The notes under the pieces: generated by a model
The model's database searches: none
The model's input: only the letters and a program-made list of their open reading frames with translations
What the model was told of the DNA's origin: nothing
DNA from: a bacterium
Lineage (GTDB): Bacteria > UBA8248
Length of the DNA stretch: 10,152 bases
NCBI GenBank assembly: GCA_965200245.1
Contig: CBDATS010000014.1
Span: 1-10,152, forward strand
Reading direction: 5' to 3'
Position numbers and translations under genes: made by a program
Shown: positions 1 to 7,511 of the stretch, in pieces
Position numbering within the stretch: position 1 is the first letter of the stretch
Layout of the letters: every line of letters starts with the position of its first letter

Positions 1-193
1 TCTGCTTTCACCAGTCCACATTTTCCTGTCAGCGCTCGCTACGGTCGACCCGTCGGCGAGCCACCGGGCCAGGATGACAGCCATGTCGCCATCTCGGCAT
101 ACCGACGCCACCTCGCATGGACATGCCGTCCGGTGTGGACAGACGCCGGCCATGAGTGTGTCAGCCGGAACGGGTTGGCAGGCTGCTCAGGAG

Positions 194-335
194 TCAGTGA
201 AATCTCGGCGGTCGGCGGTCGGTGTGGACGGGCCGGGAGCTCCGGCCTCCGGAGGGCATCGGCGACGATGTGGACGACACCCGATTCGGACCGGAGCTTC
301 CCGCTCACCCCGAGGAACGATGCGGTGCGAGCTCC
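194..335 (-). pseudogene. dnaE2: 3' remnant of error-prone DNA polymerase DnaE2/ImuC
   Basis: Minus-strand peptide ARTASFLGVSGKLRSESGVVHIVADALRRP resembles the DnaE2 C-terminal OB fold. It is followed by CGCCGAGATTTCACTGA, which is the DnaE2 terminal RDFH-stop motif missing one base and out of frame. The upstream part is replaced by ISKra4 sequence. Confidence 0.6.
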
Positions 336-936
336 TCGAGCGGGTCGAGATTGCCGACGGGGCGAGCGACCACTGGACATTCCTCGGCCGCGTGCTCCCG
401 CACGGCGTCGAGTTCATCGACTTCTACCACGCCGCCGCGCATCTCGAGGATGTCTTCGATGCGGCTGATGGGGCCGATGACCCCAGGGCGACGGTGCAGT
501 TCGAGAAGGACCGTCATCGGCTGCGCTACGAGACCGGGGGAGCCTCGAAGGTCATCCGGGCACTGTGCCATCTGCGCCCGCCCCGTCCCGGATGTGAACG
601 CATCGGGCAAGTGCTCGGCGACTTCCGCAACCATCGCCACCGCATGGGCGACGCCGAGGCGAAGGACCAGGGGTTGCTCTATCGGCTCCGCAGTGGTCGA
701 GGCGATATGCAAGACCTTTGGTCACGCAACGGCTCGAGCGTTCGGGCATGCGATGGAGTGAGCGCGGCGGGCAGGCCATTCCGACGCTGCGCGCGCTACT
801 GCAAAGCAATCGCTTCGAGTCAGGGCGGGCGTTGTTGTCGGAGACGTATCGCGCTGAAGTGTCCGTTCCCGATCATGTCGTGCCCCTTGCGCCGACCAAT
901 CATCCACTCATCGATGAGCAGTTTCGGGGCACACCC
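336..936 (+). mobile_element. ISKra4-family transposase 3' remnant (frameshifted) with probable right end
   Basis: Three frames join to give ADGASDHW...IDFYHAAAHL...FRNHRHRM...G(L)IGSAVVEAICKT/VTQRLERSGMRWSERGGQAI.TLRAL, an ISKra4-type motif set. Frameshifts lie near 678 and 718. The segment ends in GGGGCACACCC (936), a plausible terminus. The 5' part is missing. Confidence 0.8.
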
Positions 937-1615
937 GGTCAGCGACCCATGCCAGTCGAAGGGCCACGCCTTCGAGGGTGACTTCCTCCGAAAGCTTATT
1001 CCGGCAAGAAACCGGTGCCTTGATGGCTTCGGCAAATTTTCGGAAGTCGTCGAACCCTTTATGCTTCTCCGAGAACGAGTGCACCAGCATGACCGCCTTG
1101 CAGACTTTGTAGCTCTGTGCTTCATATATCGTGGCTGCCGTGCGGTGCAGAAGCTGATAGCGCAGGTTCTGGGCGTCGCTATCCTCGAGCTGCAAGGTCT
1201 CAAGGAGACCCGATAGCCGATGCTTGCCCTCCGAGGCACCATTCAGCCATTTCGAGACAACTTTATCGAAACCCTCGTTCACCTTGCCCTCAACCCCAAG
1301 TACGACGCACCCGTTCCTGTCGCCAATCAACGCCAATAAATCTGTGTGGCTGGATCCTCCAGGAACGGGGGGGCGAAGATCGGTCTTCTTTTCGAAAATG
1401 CCCTCGATCAGCTCCATGCCTCGGAATTCTTCAGCCTGACGCAGGACCTTCGCTACCGGCTCAGGGATGCCGTTTGCCCGTACCCAGGAATGGGCCAGCT
1501 CATAGGCCGAATGCCCCTTCTTCCAGTGCCCCTTCGGGAGATGCTGCATTACGTCTTCTGGATTCTCGACTGGATTCTCGACCTGCCCGAAGAAGAATTT
1601 GAATCTGTCGGTCAT
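908..1615 (-). CDS. DUF6946-like protein (putative PD-(D/E)XK nuclease fold), 235 aa
   Basis: Motifs HWKKGHSAYELAHSW, E...L...S.TDLL, VEGKVNEGF, LRYQLLHRTAA and VMLVHSFS; RBS-like GAGG upstream. The last ~9 codons are read from the ISKra4 end. Confidence 0.8.
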   Translation of the reverse strand: MTDRFKFFFGQVENPVENPEDVMQHLPKGHWKKGHSAYELAHSWVRANGIPEPVAKVLRQAEEFRGMELIEGIFEKKTDLRPPVPGGSSHTDLLALIGDRNGCVVLGVEGKVNEGFDKVVSKWLNGASEGKHRLSGLLETLQLEDSDAQNLRYQLLHRTAATIYEAQSYKVCKAVMLVHSFSEKHKGFDDFRKFAEAIKAPVSCRNKLSEEVTLEGVALRLAWVADRVCPETAHR

Positions 1616-1694
1616 TTGAACCTCGCCTTGTCGTTGAACTGAAGCATGTCGGATTGCACGAGATCGGATCTTCCTGGGCCGCGACGCCCGCGCG

Positions 1695-1702
1695 AAACCG
1701 AA
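1695..1702 (+). repeat. Left copy of 8-bp target-site duplication AAACCGAA
   Basis: Identical copy at 7628-7635, directly outside the right IR. Confidence 0.9.
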
Positions 1703-1720
1703 GGGAATTATACGGATAAC

Positions 1721-1749
1721 TTGATTTTCTAGCCGAGATCTCGTAAAAT
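1721..1749 (+). promoter_or_regulatory. Putative sigma70 promoter of the IS1595 transposase
   Basis: TTGATT (1721-1726, overlapping the inner end of IRL), 17 bp spacer, TAAAAT (1744-1749), about 30 bp upstream of the ATG at 1779. Confidence 0.55.
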
Positions 1750-1778
1750 GATGACATCGTAATCAACCGGATACCACG

Positions 1779-2777
1779 ATGTCGAAGAAAGGCCCCGGAC
1801 GAGCCCACCGAGAAGGGCTCACGGTAGTCGAACTACTCCAGATGTTCCCCGACGATGCCGCCGCCGAGAAGTGGTTCGAGGACCAGCGGTGGTCGGCGAC
1901 TGGTCGTTTCTGCCCCGCTTGTGGCTCCCTCGACACCTATGAGGTGAAGGGCCGCAAGCCCATGCCCTACGCGTGCCGCGACTGCGACGAATACTTCTCC
2001 GTCAAGAAAGGCACCGTGATGCAGTCAAGCAAGCTCGGGCTCCAGAAATGGGCGATCGCCATCTACATGATGGTGACGGGCATCAAGGGAACCTCCAGCA
2101 TGAAAATCCATCGTGACCTCGGAATTCGCCAGGCCACGGCGTGGCACCTGATGCAGAGGATACGGGAGGGTTTTCTCGAGGGGACCGCAGGGAAGATGAC
2201 CGGTCCCGTTGAGGTGGACGAGGCTTACATCGGAGGTAAGCGCTCGAACATGCGCCCGGAACGGGCAAAGCGGTTCAGCGGTCGAGGGGTTCAGGGAAAG
2301 GCCATCATTGCCGGAGCCAAGGACCGCAAGACGAAGCGCGTCAGCGCGGAGGTTGTCCCGAACACCACGAAGCCGGTCCTGCATGACTTCATCGAGAAGC
2401 GAGTCGATGAGTCGGCGCAGGTGTACACCGATGAGCATCAATCGTACGAGGGGATCCCCTTCGAGCACGATTCAGTGAAACATTCAGTCGGCGAGTACGT
2501 GCGTGGGCAGGCTCACACGAACGGCATGGAATCGTTCTGGGCGCTGATGAAGCGCGGCTACCACGGCACCTTCCACAAGATGAGCCACAAGCACCTTGAC
2601 CGGTATGTGAACGAGTTCGCTGGACGGAACAACATCCGGGACCTCGATACGATGAAGCAGATGGAGGTGCTATCTCAGGGGATGGTGGGCAAACGATTGA
2701 CCTACGAGAAGCTCATTGCCCCGAACGGGCGAGAGTCAGGCGCACGGCCCCTCGGGCGAGGGAAGATGGCGGATTGA
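1779..2777 (+). CDS. IS1595-family transposase, 332 aa, apparently intact
   Basis: Zn ribbon (CPACGS...YACRDC), HTH-like region, VEVDEAYIGG, VYTDEHQSY, HTNGMESFWALMKRGYHG and HLDRYVNEF..R.N. Confidence 0.95.
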   Translation: MSKKGPGRAHREGLTVVELLQMFPDDAAAEKWFEDQRWSATGRFCPACGSLDTYEVKGRKPMPYACRDCDEYFSVKKGTVMQSSKLGLQKWAIAIYMMVTGIKGTSSMKIHRDLGIRQATAWHLMQRIREGFLEGTAGKMTGPVEVDEAYIGGKRSNMRPERAKRFSGRGVQGKAIIAGAKDRKTKRVSAEVVPNTTKPVLHDFIEKRVDESAQVYTDEHQSYEGIPFEHDSVKHSVGEYVRGQAHTNGMESFWALMKRGYHGTFHKMSHKHLDRYVNEFAGRNNIRDLDTMKQMEVLSQGMVGKRLTYEKLIAPNGRESGARPLGRGKMAD

Positions 2778-2836
2778 CTATGCTGAGGCAGGAGAAGAAA
2801 ATTCCCTCCACTGCGAAATTGGCGTAGGAGACGAAC

Positions 2837-3106
2837 GTGCGTTACATCATCAGCTACGATTTACTCGATGAAGATCGAAGAGCCGATTACAGACGGGTGG
2901 AAAGGTATCTAGAAGATAGGGGCGCTCAAAAGATACTGAACACCGTATGGGTCATCAAAAGCACAGAAAGCGCCACTTCAATCCTTGACGAGTTGAAACT
3001 TGCTACCACCGGCAAAAAGGATAGGATCGCTGTCATCCCCAGTAGAATCAAGATCGAACTCTGGGCGGTGAGGCGACTCATAACTCCCAAAAAGAGACTC
3101 AAGTAA
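2837..3106 (+). CDS. Stand-alone Cas2/VapD-like small ferredoxin-fold protein, 89 aa
   Basis: GTG start after AGGAG. N-terminal YIISYDL strand carries the Cas2-type Asp, followed by Y..V...L...GA.KILNTVW and D.I.V near the C-terminus. AT-richer than the flanking DNA. Confidence 0.7.
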   Translation: MRYIISYDLLDEDRRADYRRVERYLEDRGAQKILNTVWVIKSTESATSILDELKLATTGKKDRIAVIPSRIKIELWAVRRLITPKKRLK

Positions 3107-3190
3107 ATCTCCTACTTGGTTGAGTATTTTTTCTTCTCGGCGATTTTCTGGACAGATACACAACTCAGCATTCAGCCAATGTATTTTCAT
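2978..3190 (-). CDS. Small hypothetical protein (70 aa), convergent with and overlapping the Cas2-like gene
   Basis: ATG at 3190 after a purine-rich tract; MKIHWLNAELCICPENRREEKIL...; 129-nt antisense overlap. No family recognised. Confidence 0.35.
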   Translation of the reverse strand: MKIHWLNAELCICPENRREEKILNQVGDLLESLFGSYESPHRPEFDLDSTGDDSDPILFAGGSKFQLVKD

Positions 3191-3230
3191 GATCTCTTTC
3201 TCTAACAACAGCCAGTAGATTGAATAATCC

Positions 3231-3248
3231 GGGAATTATACGAGGAAA
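3231..3248 (+). repeat. Internal copy of the IS1595 terminal IR (same orientation as IRL)
   Basis: GGGAATTATACGAGGAAA: the first 12 bp are identical to both termini, and it matches the IRR over 17 bp with a 1-bp insertion. Confidence 0.75.
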
Positions 3249-3260
3249 TAACTCTCTAAT

Positions 3261-4100
3261 CTAATCTCCTATCTTCAATTTTCCGGCTTGTTTCTTGAGG
3301 TTTCCTGATGCTCTGATTACCGAAGTGACTAGAGGCCGCCAATCAGACTCCATGTTATTGTCCCAGAATATTTGCATAGTTTCACAATGTGTTCCTGATA
3401 TCTTCTTCTGTCTGCATCGCTCAATGTAAGAGTCGTAGAAGGCTTGAACTGCTAGCGCAAATTCTGGCTCAATAGAAGAATCATGAGGCCCGTCATACTC
3501 TCCCAAAGAAGCAAGAATCTGTTTGTTGACTGAAATATTGCGTGGCCCCCATCTCTCTAAATCTAGAGCGATATCCAAACGCAGTCCTGGCACGTTATCG
3601 TGCAATCCAATCTCGGCTACCCCGCACTGTTTTAGTACGGGAGCAATGGCATCATACGACCCCGACAGGTCGAATGACGCGGTGTGCCCTACTCCGCGGA
3701 AATCAGTTACTTCGATGACAAACGAGTCCCCGGTCATGAGAAGTCTGGCTAGATGTGCGTCGTCTACTGCGAATATTGCTGTTCCCTTTGAAGATGGAAG
3801 CCATTTGTCTTCTACTACCTTCTCCTTGTTTACTCGGTACCTAACTTCCATCAAGTCATTACCCAAATATTCTCGAAAGTTGAAGTAGGTAGAGAATTCC
3901 GTACCTTTGCAACGAATAACCGCGCTGTTCTTGTTAGTTCCTGCACCAGAAGAACCGACGGCAATTGCCACTGTCTCGTCTGTGAACGGGTCTGTTTTTG
4001 TATCTAGAGTCCATTTGGAGTCAGAAGCATCAGCAAACAGGGGACTGATTGTCAGTATCGTCAAGAGAGAAATGACTAACGCCTGTCTTCTTTTCGTCAT
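3261..4100 (-). CDS. Exported protein, T6SS VasI/TagO-like domain plus possible peptidoglycan-binding-like C-terminal segment, 279 aa
   Basis: ATG 4100 with GAGGAG RBS; signal peptide MTKRRQALVISLLTILTISPLFA; W.....DPFTD...IRC...YLG....V.YR...W..S..G.A.F...F.L.G...AI.P....C pattern. Later segment KQILASLGEYDGPHD...ALAVQAF. The CDS is solid; the domain names are tentative. Confidence 0.7.
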   Translation of the reverse strand: MTKRRQALVISLLTILTISPLFADASDSKWTLDTKTDPFTDETVAIAVGSSGAGTNKNSAVIRCKGTEFSTYFNFREYLGNDLMEVRYRVNKEKVVEDKWLPSSKGTAIFAVDDAHLARLLMTGDSFVIEVTDFRGVGHTASFDLSGSYDAIAPVLKQCGVAEIGLHDNVPGLRLDIALDLERWGPRNISVNKQILASLGEYDGPHDSSIEPEFALAVQAFYDSYIERCRQKKISGTHCETMQIFWDNNMESDWRPLVTSVIRASGNLKKQAGKLKIGD

Positions 4101-4143
4101 GGCTCGATCTCCTCGCATCGCGCGCACGAATCCGAATCCCGAC

Positions 4144-4309
4144 GCAAAATGGCGCCGGGCCGTGCATACGTCTCTCGGAACGAGTGAAGTCCCGCCTATT
4201 CACCCAAGCTCGGGGAGCTACCCTTCGCCGGGAATGCAGGCTGTTGTATTCAGCGGGCAACCCGGCAGAGGGCCGGACGCCCGAGAGACGTATACGGGTG
4301 CCATCTTGC
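4144..4309. ncRNA. Putative structured RNA (long closing stem with three internal hairpins), family not recognised
   Basis: ATACGTCTCTCGG (4166-4178) pairs perfectly with CCGAGAGACGTAT (4281-4293), extendable with bulges to 4144/4309. Internal stems GTGAA/TTCAC, AGCTC/GAGCT and CCCT..GCCGGG...GCTG/CAGC...CCCGGC..AGGG. Confidence 0.45.
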
Positions 4310-4377
4310 TACAGGACGTGTCAGGGAGTCAATCAGAGGTGGCTCTGGTTGACCGTCGTACTGCGGAGTCGGACACT
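4303..4377. promoter_or_regulatory. Palindrome with back-to-back -35 boxes (possible divergent promoters/operator)
   Basis: GTCAATCAGAG-gtgg-CTCTGGTTGAC (4328-4353). Rightward TTGACC-17-GACACT; leftward TTGACT-18-CAAGAT. Both -10 boxes are imperfect. Confidence 0.35.
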
Positions 4378-4446
4378 ACCCGTTGACGTGAACGACCGCA
4401 GGAGCCGCAGCCATGCCGAAATCCGGTAGCCGAGGGGCGGCCGCAC

Positions 4447-5855
4447 CTTAGAGATCCCCTCATGTTTCTTGTCAAGTTTGTATTTTCATGAATTGATACT
4501 ATTGTGTTTCTATATTTCTCGGTCTGACGATTGCATACCCGAACACTCAAAAGTGGCTCATCAGGAGAAGGTCAACGTCATTTCGACTCGCCTGACCATT
4601 CATCCCATTTGCAAAGAGTTTCTTTTGAGATCATCATCCCAATCCGCACCCTCGTGAATGGAGATGGATGATGGCACCGAAGAACATCCTGCCAAGGAAG
4701 AAGATCGCCGACTTTATCGACCACTTGTACGACGGGGACCTGCACGCCAAACGCGTGTTGTCATTGGCCAACGCCACCTTGGGAGTGCTGGTCGGCGCCT
4801 CGTTGGCAGTGCATGCCATCGGCCAAGGACTGGCCCAGGCATTGGGCAAGCTGAGCAAGCATGGAGTGAAGCAGGTCGACCGGCTACTGAGCAATCAGGG
4901 AATCGATGTCTGGGAGTTTTTCGGCGACTGGATTCCGTATCTGGTCGGTGCACGCACCGAAGTGGTCGTGGCGATGGATTGGACGAGCTTCGCACGAGAC
5001 CAGCAAGACACGGTGGTGTTGTCGATGTTGACCAGTCATGGACGTGCGACGCCGCTGATATGGAGAACGGTGGAGTCGTCGTCGCTCAAAGGGCAGATGA
5101 AGCGCCATGAGAAGGAGCTACTGGAGAGGTTGCGCGAGGGGGTGCCGGCAGGGGTGAAGGTGACGGTAGTCGCGGACCGGGGATTCGGGGACTGCAAGCT
5201 GTTCAAGACGCTCACGCAGGAGTTGGGATTCGAGTACGTGAGACGTATTCGCGGTGACATCTACGTCACGAGTGCGAAGGGTGAGCGGCGCAAGGCGGCG
5301 CAGTGGGTGGGCAACGCAGGCCGGTCGCGCACGTTGCGCAACGCGCAGGTGAGCGGCGAGCACGCCCTGGAGGTGGGCACGGTGGTGTGCGTGCACGCGC
5401 GCGAGATGAAGGAGCCGTGGTGCCTGGTGGCGAGTGAATCGAAAGTGGGGACGCGTCCATTGATTCGCTACGATGCGAAGCGGTGGGGGATCGAGACGAG
5501 CTTTCGCGACATCAAGGACATGCGGTTCGGGATGGGGCTGTCGGCGATGCGGGTATCCAGCGCACAACGTCGGGACCGGATGTTGTTGCTCAGTGCGTTG
5601 GCGATTGCATTGCTGTCGTTGTTGGGAGCGGCGGGGGAGAGCTTGGGGTACGACCGGTGGTTGAAGGTGAACACGGTGAAGTATCGCACGCATTCGTTGT
5701 TTCGTCAGGGGTTGATGCGATATGACCATATACCCGACTGGCCGGATGAGCGTGTACGGCCATTGATGGAGAAGTTTTCGCAAATGCTTATGGAGCAACG
5801 GGTATTCAAGGAAATCTTTGGTGTCATTTGATAGTTAAATGAGGGGATGGATAAG
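4447..5855 (+). mobile_element. IS4-family IS10-group insertion sequence, 1,409 bp
   Basis: IRs CTTAGAGATCCCCTCAT (4447-4463) and reverse complement of 5839-5855 CTTATCCATCCCCTCAT (14/17), resembling IS10 ends as I recall them. 8-bp TSD GGCCGCAC at 4439-4446 and 5856-5863. Confidence 0.92.
4668..5831 (+). CDS. IS4-family transposase, 387 aa
   Basis: VAMDWT, VADRGFGD, EPWCL and KRWGIETSFRDIKD...G. The Tyr of the Y-2-R-3-E-6-K motif is Asp here. Confidence 0.93.
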   Translation: MMAPKNILPRKKIADFIDHLYDGDLHAKRVLSLANATLGVLVGASLAVHAIGQGLAQALGKLSKHGVKQVDRLLSNQGIDVWEFFGDWIPYLVGARTEVVVAMDWTSFARDQQDTVVLSMLTSHGRATPLIWRTVESSSLKGQMKRHEKELLERLREGVPAGVKVTVVADRGFGDCKLFKTLTQELGFEYVRRIRGDIYVTSAKGERRKAAQWVGNAGRSRTLRNAQVSGEHALEVGTVVCVHAREMKEPWCLVASESKVGTRPLIRYDAKRWGIETSFRDIKDMRFGMGLSAMRVSSAQRRDRMLLLSALAIALLSLLGAAGESLGYDRWLKVNTVKYRTHSLFRQGLMRYDHIPDWPDERVRPLMEKFSQMLMEQRVFKEIFGVI

Positions 5856-5871
5856 GGCCGCACCCGGTCAG

Positions 5872-5900
5872 AAGGGGCCGGTGCGGGAGTCGGCCCCTTT
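5872..5900 (+). terminator. GC-rich hairpin, possible weak intrinsic terminator
   Basis: AAGGGGCCG-N10-CGGCCCCTT; the U tail is only 3 nt. Confidence 0.3.
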
Positions 5901-6021
5901 CGGGCTTCCGTCCGATTCGGAGTTCACGAGGTTCGTCGTCGAACGAGACCTTCAGCGTCGCATTCGAGACGACCGGAGCATGGGGCCGAAGTTAATCAAG
6001 CGGGATGAGGTATAGCTACCC

Positions 6022-6204
6022 ATGAGCAGAAAGCCGATAGGAAGAATCGAAGGCGCGACGCCGGAGCAGGTTGCTCAGGCGATATTCGCCGCCGCAACCC
6101 CGCCGGACCCGACGAAGCGGAAGCCGAGGAACAAGCGCAAGCGTCGGGTGACCGATGAAATCTCCTACATGCGGAAGCCGAAGGAGCGAGGGTCGAGCGC
6201 GTGA
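6022..6204 (+). CDS. Small basic hypothetical protein, 60 aa
   Basis: MSRKPIGRIEGATPEQVAQAIFAA...; starts 8 bp inside the IR; its stop overlaps the next start (GTGA). Resembles short ATPE.VA.A peptides I recall near IS1595 ends. Confidence 0.55.
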   Translation: MSRKPIGRIEGATPEQVAQAIFAAATPPDPTKRKPRNKRKRRVTDEISYMRKPKERGSSA

Positions 6205-6452
6205 GTTTCCCTCAACGCTGCAAGGTTTGTGGAAAACGAGACAAGTTCAACTTCTCTGTGCCGGACGATATCTGGGCTGAAGTCGTGCCAGAACCCTTTC
6301 GGCAACGTGTGGTCTGTCTTGGCTGCTTTGACGCCTTCGCTAGTCAGAAGGGCGTGCAATACGTGCATACCCTTTCTCGTAACCTTCACTTCGCCGGAGA
6401 TGCTGCGAATCTCACCCTGGAGATTCGCGGCTGCTTAGGTAGACCGGAATGA
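6201..6452 (+). CDS. Small putative zinc-finger protein, 83 aa
   Basis: CKVC...F.VPDDIW..V...VCLGCF (two CxxC pairs); translationally coupled to the upstream ORF. Confidence 0.65.
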   Translation: MSFPQRCKVCGKRDKFNFSVPDDIWAEVVPEPFRQRVVCLGCFDAFASQKGVQYVHTLSRNLHFAGDAANLTLEIRGCLGRPE

Positions 6453-6454
6453 CG

Positions 6455-6622
6455 CTATGACGACTTCTTGCAAGTGCCGTCGTGGTCTTTGCTCTGGCAC
6501 TGATTGCATAGCTCGCCGCTTGTCGGTTTCGAGTACCGGGTTTTATACCCGGACGTCGGTCAGTTGCTGCAATTCGTGCACCAGTGCCATGTATCGGAAT
6601 AGGTTCTCCTTCGGTATTGCAT
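6455..6622 (-). pseudogene. Small Cys-rich protein (55 codons) with in-frame TGA, absent from the ORF track
   Basis: AAGGAG RBS, then MQYRRRTYSDTWHWCTNCSN*PTSGYKTRYSKPTSGELCNQCQSKDHDGTCKKSS; TGA at 6562-6560. Confidence 0.75.
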
Positions 6623-6670
6623 CAGAAACTTCTCCTTCAAGGCGCGATTGATGAGTGGCGTATCCAGCTA

Positions 6671-7511
6671 GGGCCTGTTAACGCTATATGGATTTGATTG
6701 CGTCGACGATCAGTGCAAAGTAGATGAAGAAGGTGAAGACCACATCAAGCTTGTCGAACCGGGTGAATACGCGCCTGAACCGCTTCAGCCGCCGGAACAG
6801 ACGCTCGACCTCGTTGCGCCTCTTGTACAACTCCCGATCATAGTCCCATGGACAGACGCGATTGGCCTTGGGCGGCACGACCGGCTTCAGCCCCAAGTCC
6901 ACCACGAGCTGACGGGTCTCATCGCCTTCGTAGGCTTTATCCATCACCAGGCAACGCGCCTCATCGGGCAACGCCGTACGGGCCAGCAGGGCACGTCCTT
7001 GTGGCCCGTCACCCGCTTCTCCCCCGGAGAGTGAGAATCCGATGGCGCTTCGATCATCCGAGGCAATCAGATGAACCTTGGTGCTCCAGCCCCCGCGTGA
7101 CTTCCCGATGGCTTGGGGACCGTTTTTTTGAGCGCTCCCGTCCCATCCGGGTGCACTTTCACTCTCGTGCTGTCGAGCGACATCACCTCCACTCGCACCC
7201 GAATGAGGTCCAGACGTTGCAACTCTGCAAACACTCGGTCCAGCACTCCGGCCTTCGCCCAGCGATTCATCCGTGTGTAGATGGTGTGCCAATTCCCGAA
7301 GGACGCCGGCAATCCACGCCACTTGCATCCTTGCTCGGCCACGTACAGGATGGCATCGAGCACCGCGAGATGACTGAGCGAGACATTGCCGCGTTGCTTG
7401 GGGAACAGGTGCGCGATGCGTTCGAAGTGTGTTTGCGTGAGTTCCATCGCCTGGAATCCTCTTCATCGACTGTGGTTCCAGCAGTCTATCAGAAATTGCG
7501 TTAACACGTCC
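6671..7511 (-). mobile_element. IS5-family IS427-group insertion sequence, 841 bp
   Basis: IRs GGGCCTGTTAACGC (6671-6684) and reverse complement of 7498-7511 GGACGTGTTAACGC (12/14). TA duplication (6669-6670, 7512-7513) in a CTAG site. Confidence 0.92.
6684..7447 (-). CDS. IS5-family transposase with -1 programmed frameshift
   Basis: OrfA (GCKWRGLP..FGNWHTIYTR..RW, LDSTRVKVH) joins OrfB (IGKSRGGWSTKVH, MDKAYE, YKRRNEVERLFRRLKRFRR) at an A7 run (7123-7129). Confidence 0.92.

Noticed and set aside
74-145. GACA-N-TGTC-like palindromes resembling WYL-regulator or PafBC boxes
   Set aside because: Matches are imperfect and no regulated gene or WYL protein is visible.
74-1216. 380-aa plus-strand ORF as a single gene
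   Set aside because: Chimeric: antisense dnaE2, one ISKra4 frame, then off-frame and antisense DUF6946 sequence.
1558-1582. 12-bp tandem duplication CTGGATTCTCGA (VENP-VENP)
   Set aside because: Only two in-frame copies; a simple slippage event.
4144-4353. Retron msr-msd, 6S RNA or IscB omega/HEARO RNA identity for the structured region
   Set aside because: No reverse transcriptase, IscB or TnpB in the window. The bubble geometry is unlike 6S, and the GTCAA...TTGACC resemblance is too short.
2777-4446. CRISPR array or cas operon near the Cas2-like gene
   Set aside because: No regularly spaced direct repeats and no other cas-like ORFs were found in the window.
932-5871. 11-bp direct repeat CACCCGGTCAG at 932-942 and 5861-5871
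   Set aside because: The copies straddle boundaries of unrelated elements and no shared IR pair links them; probably chance.
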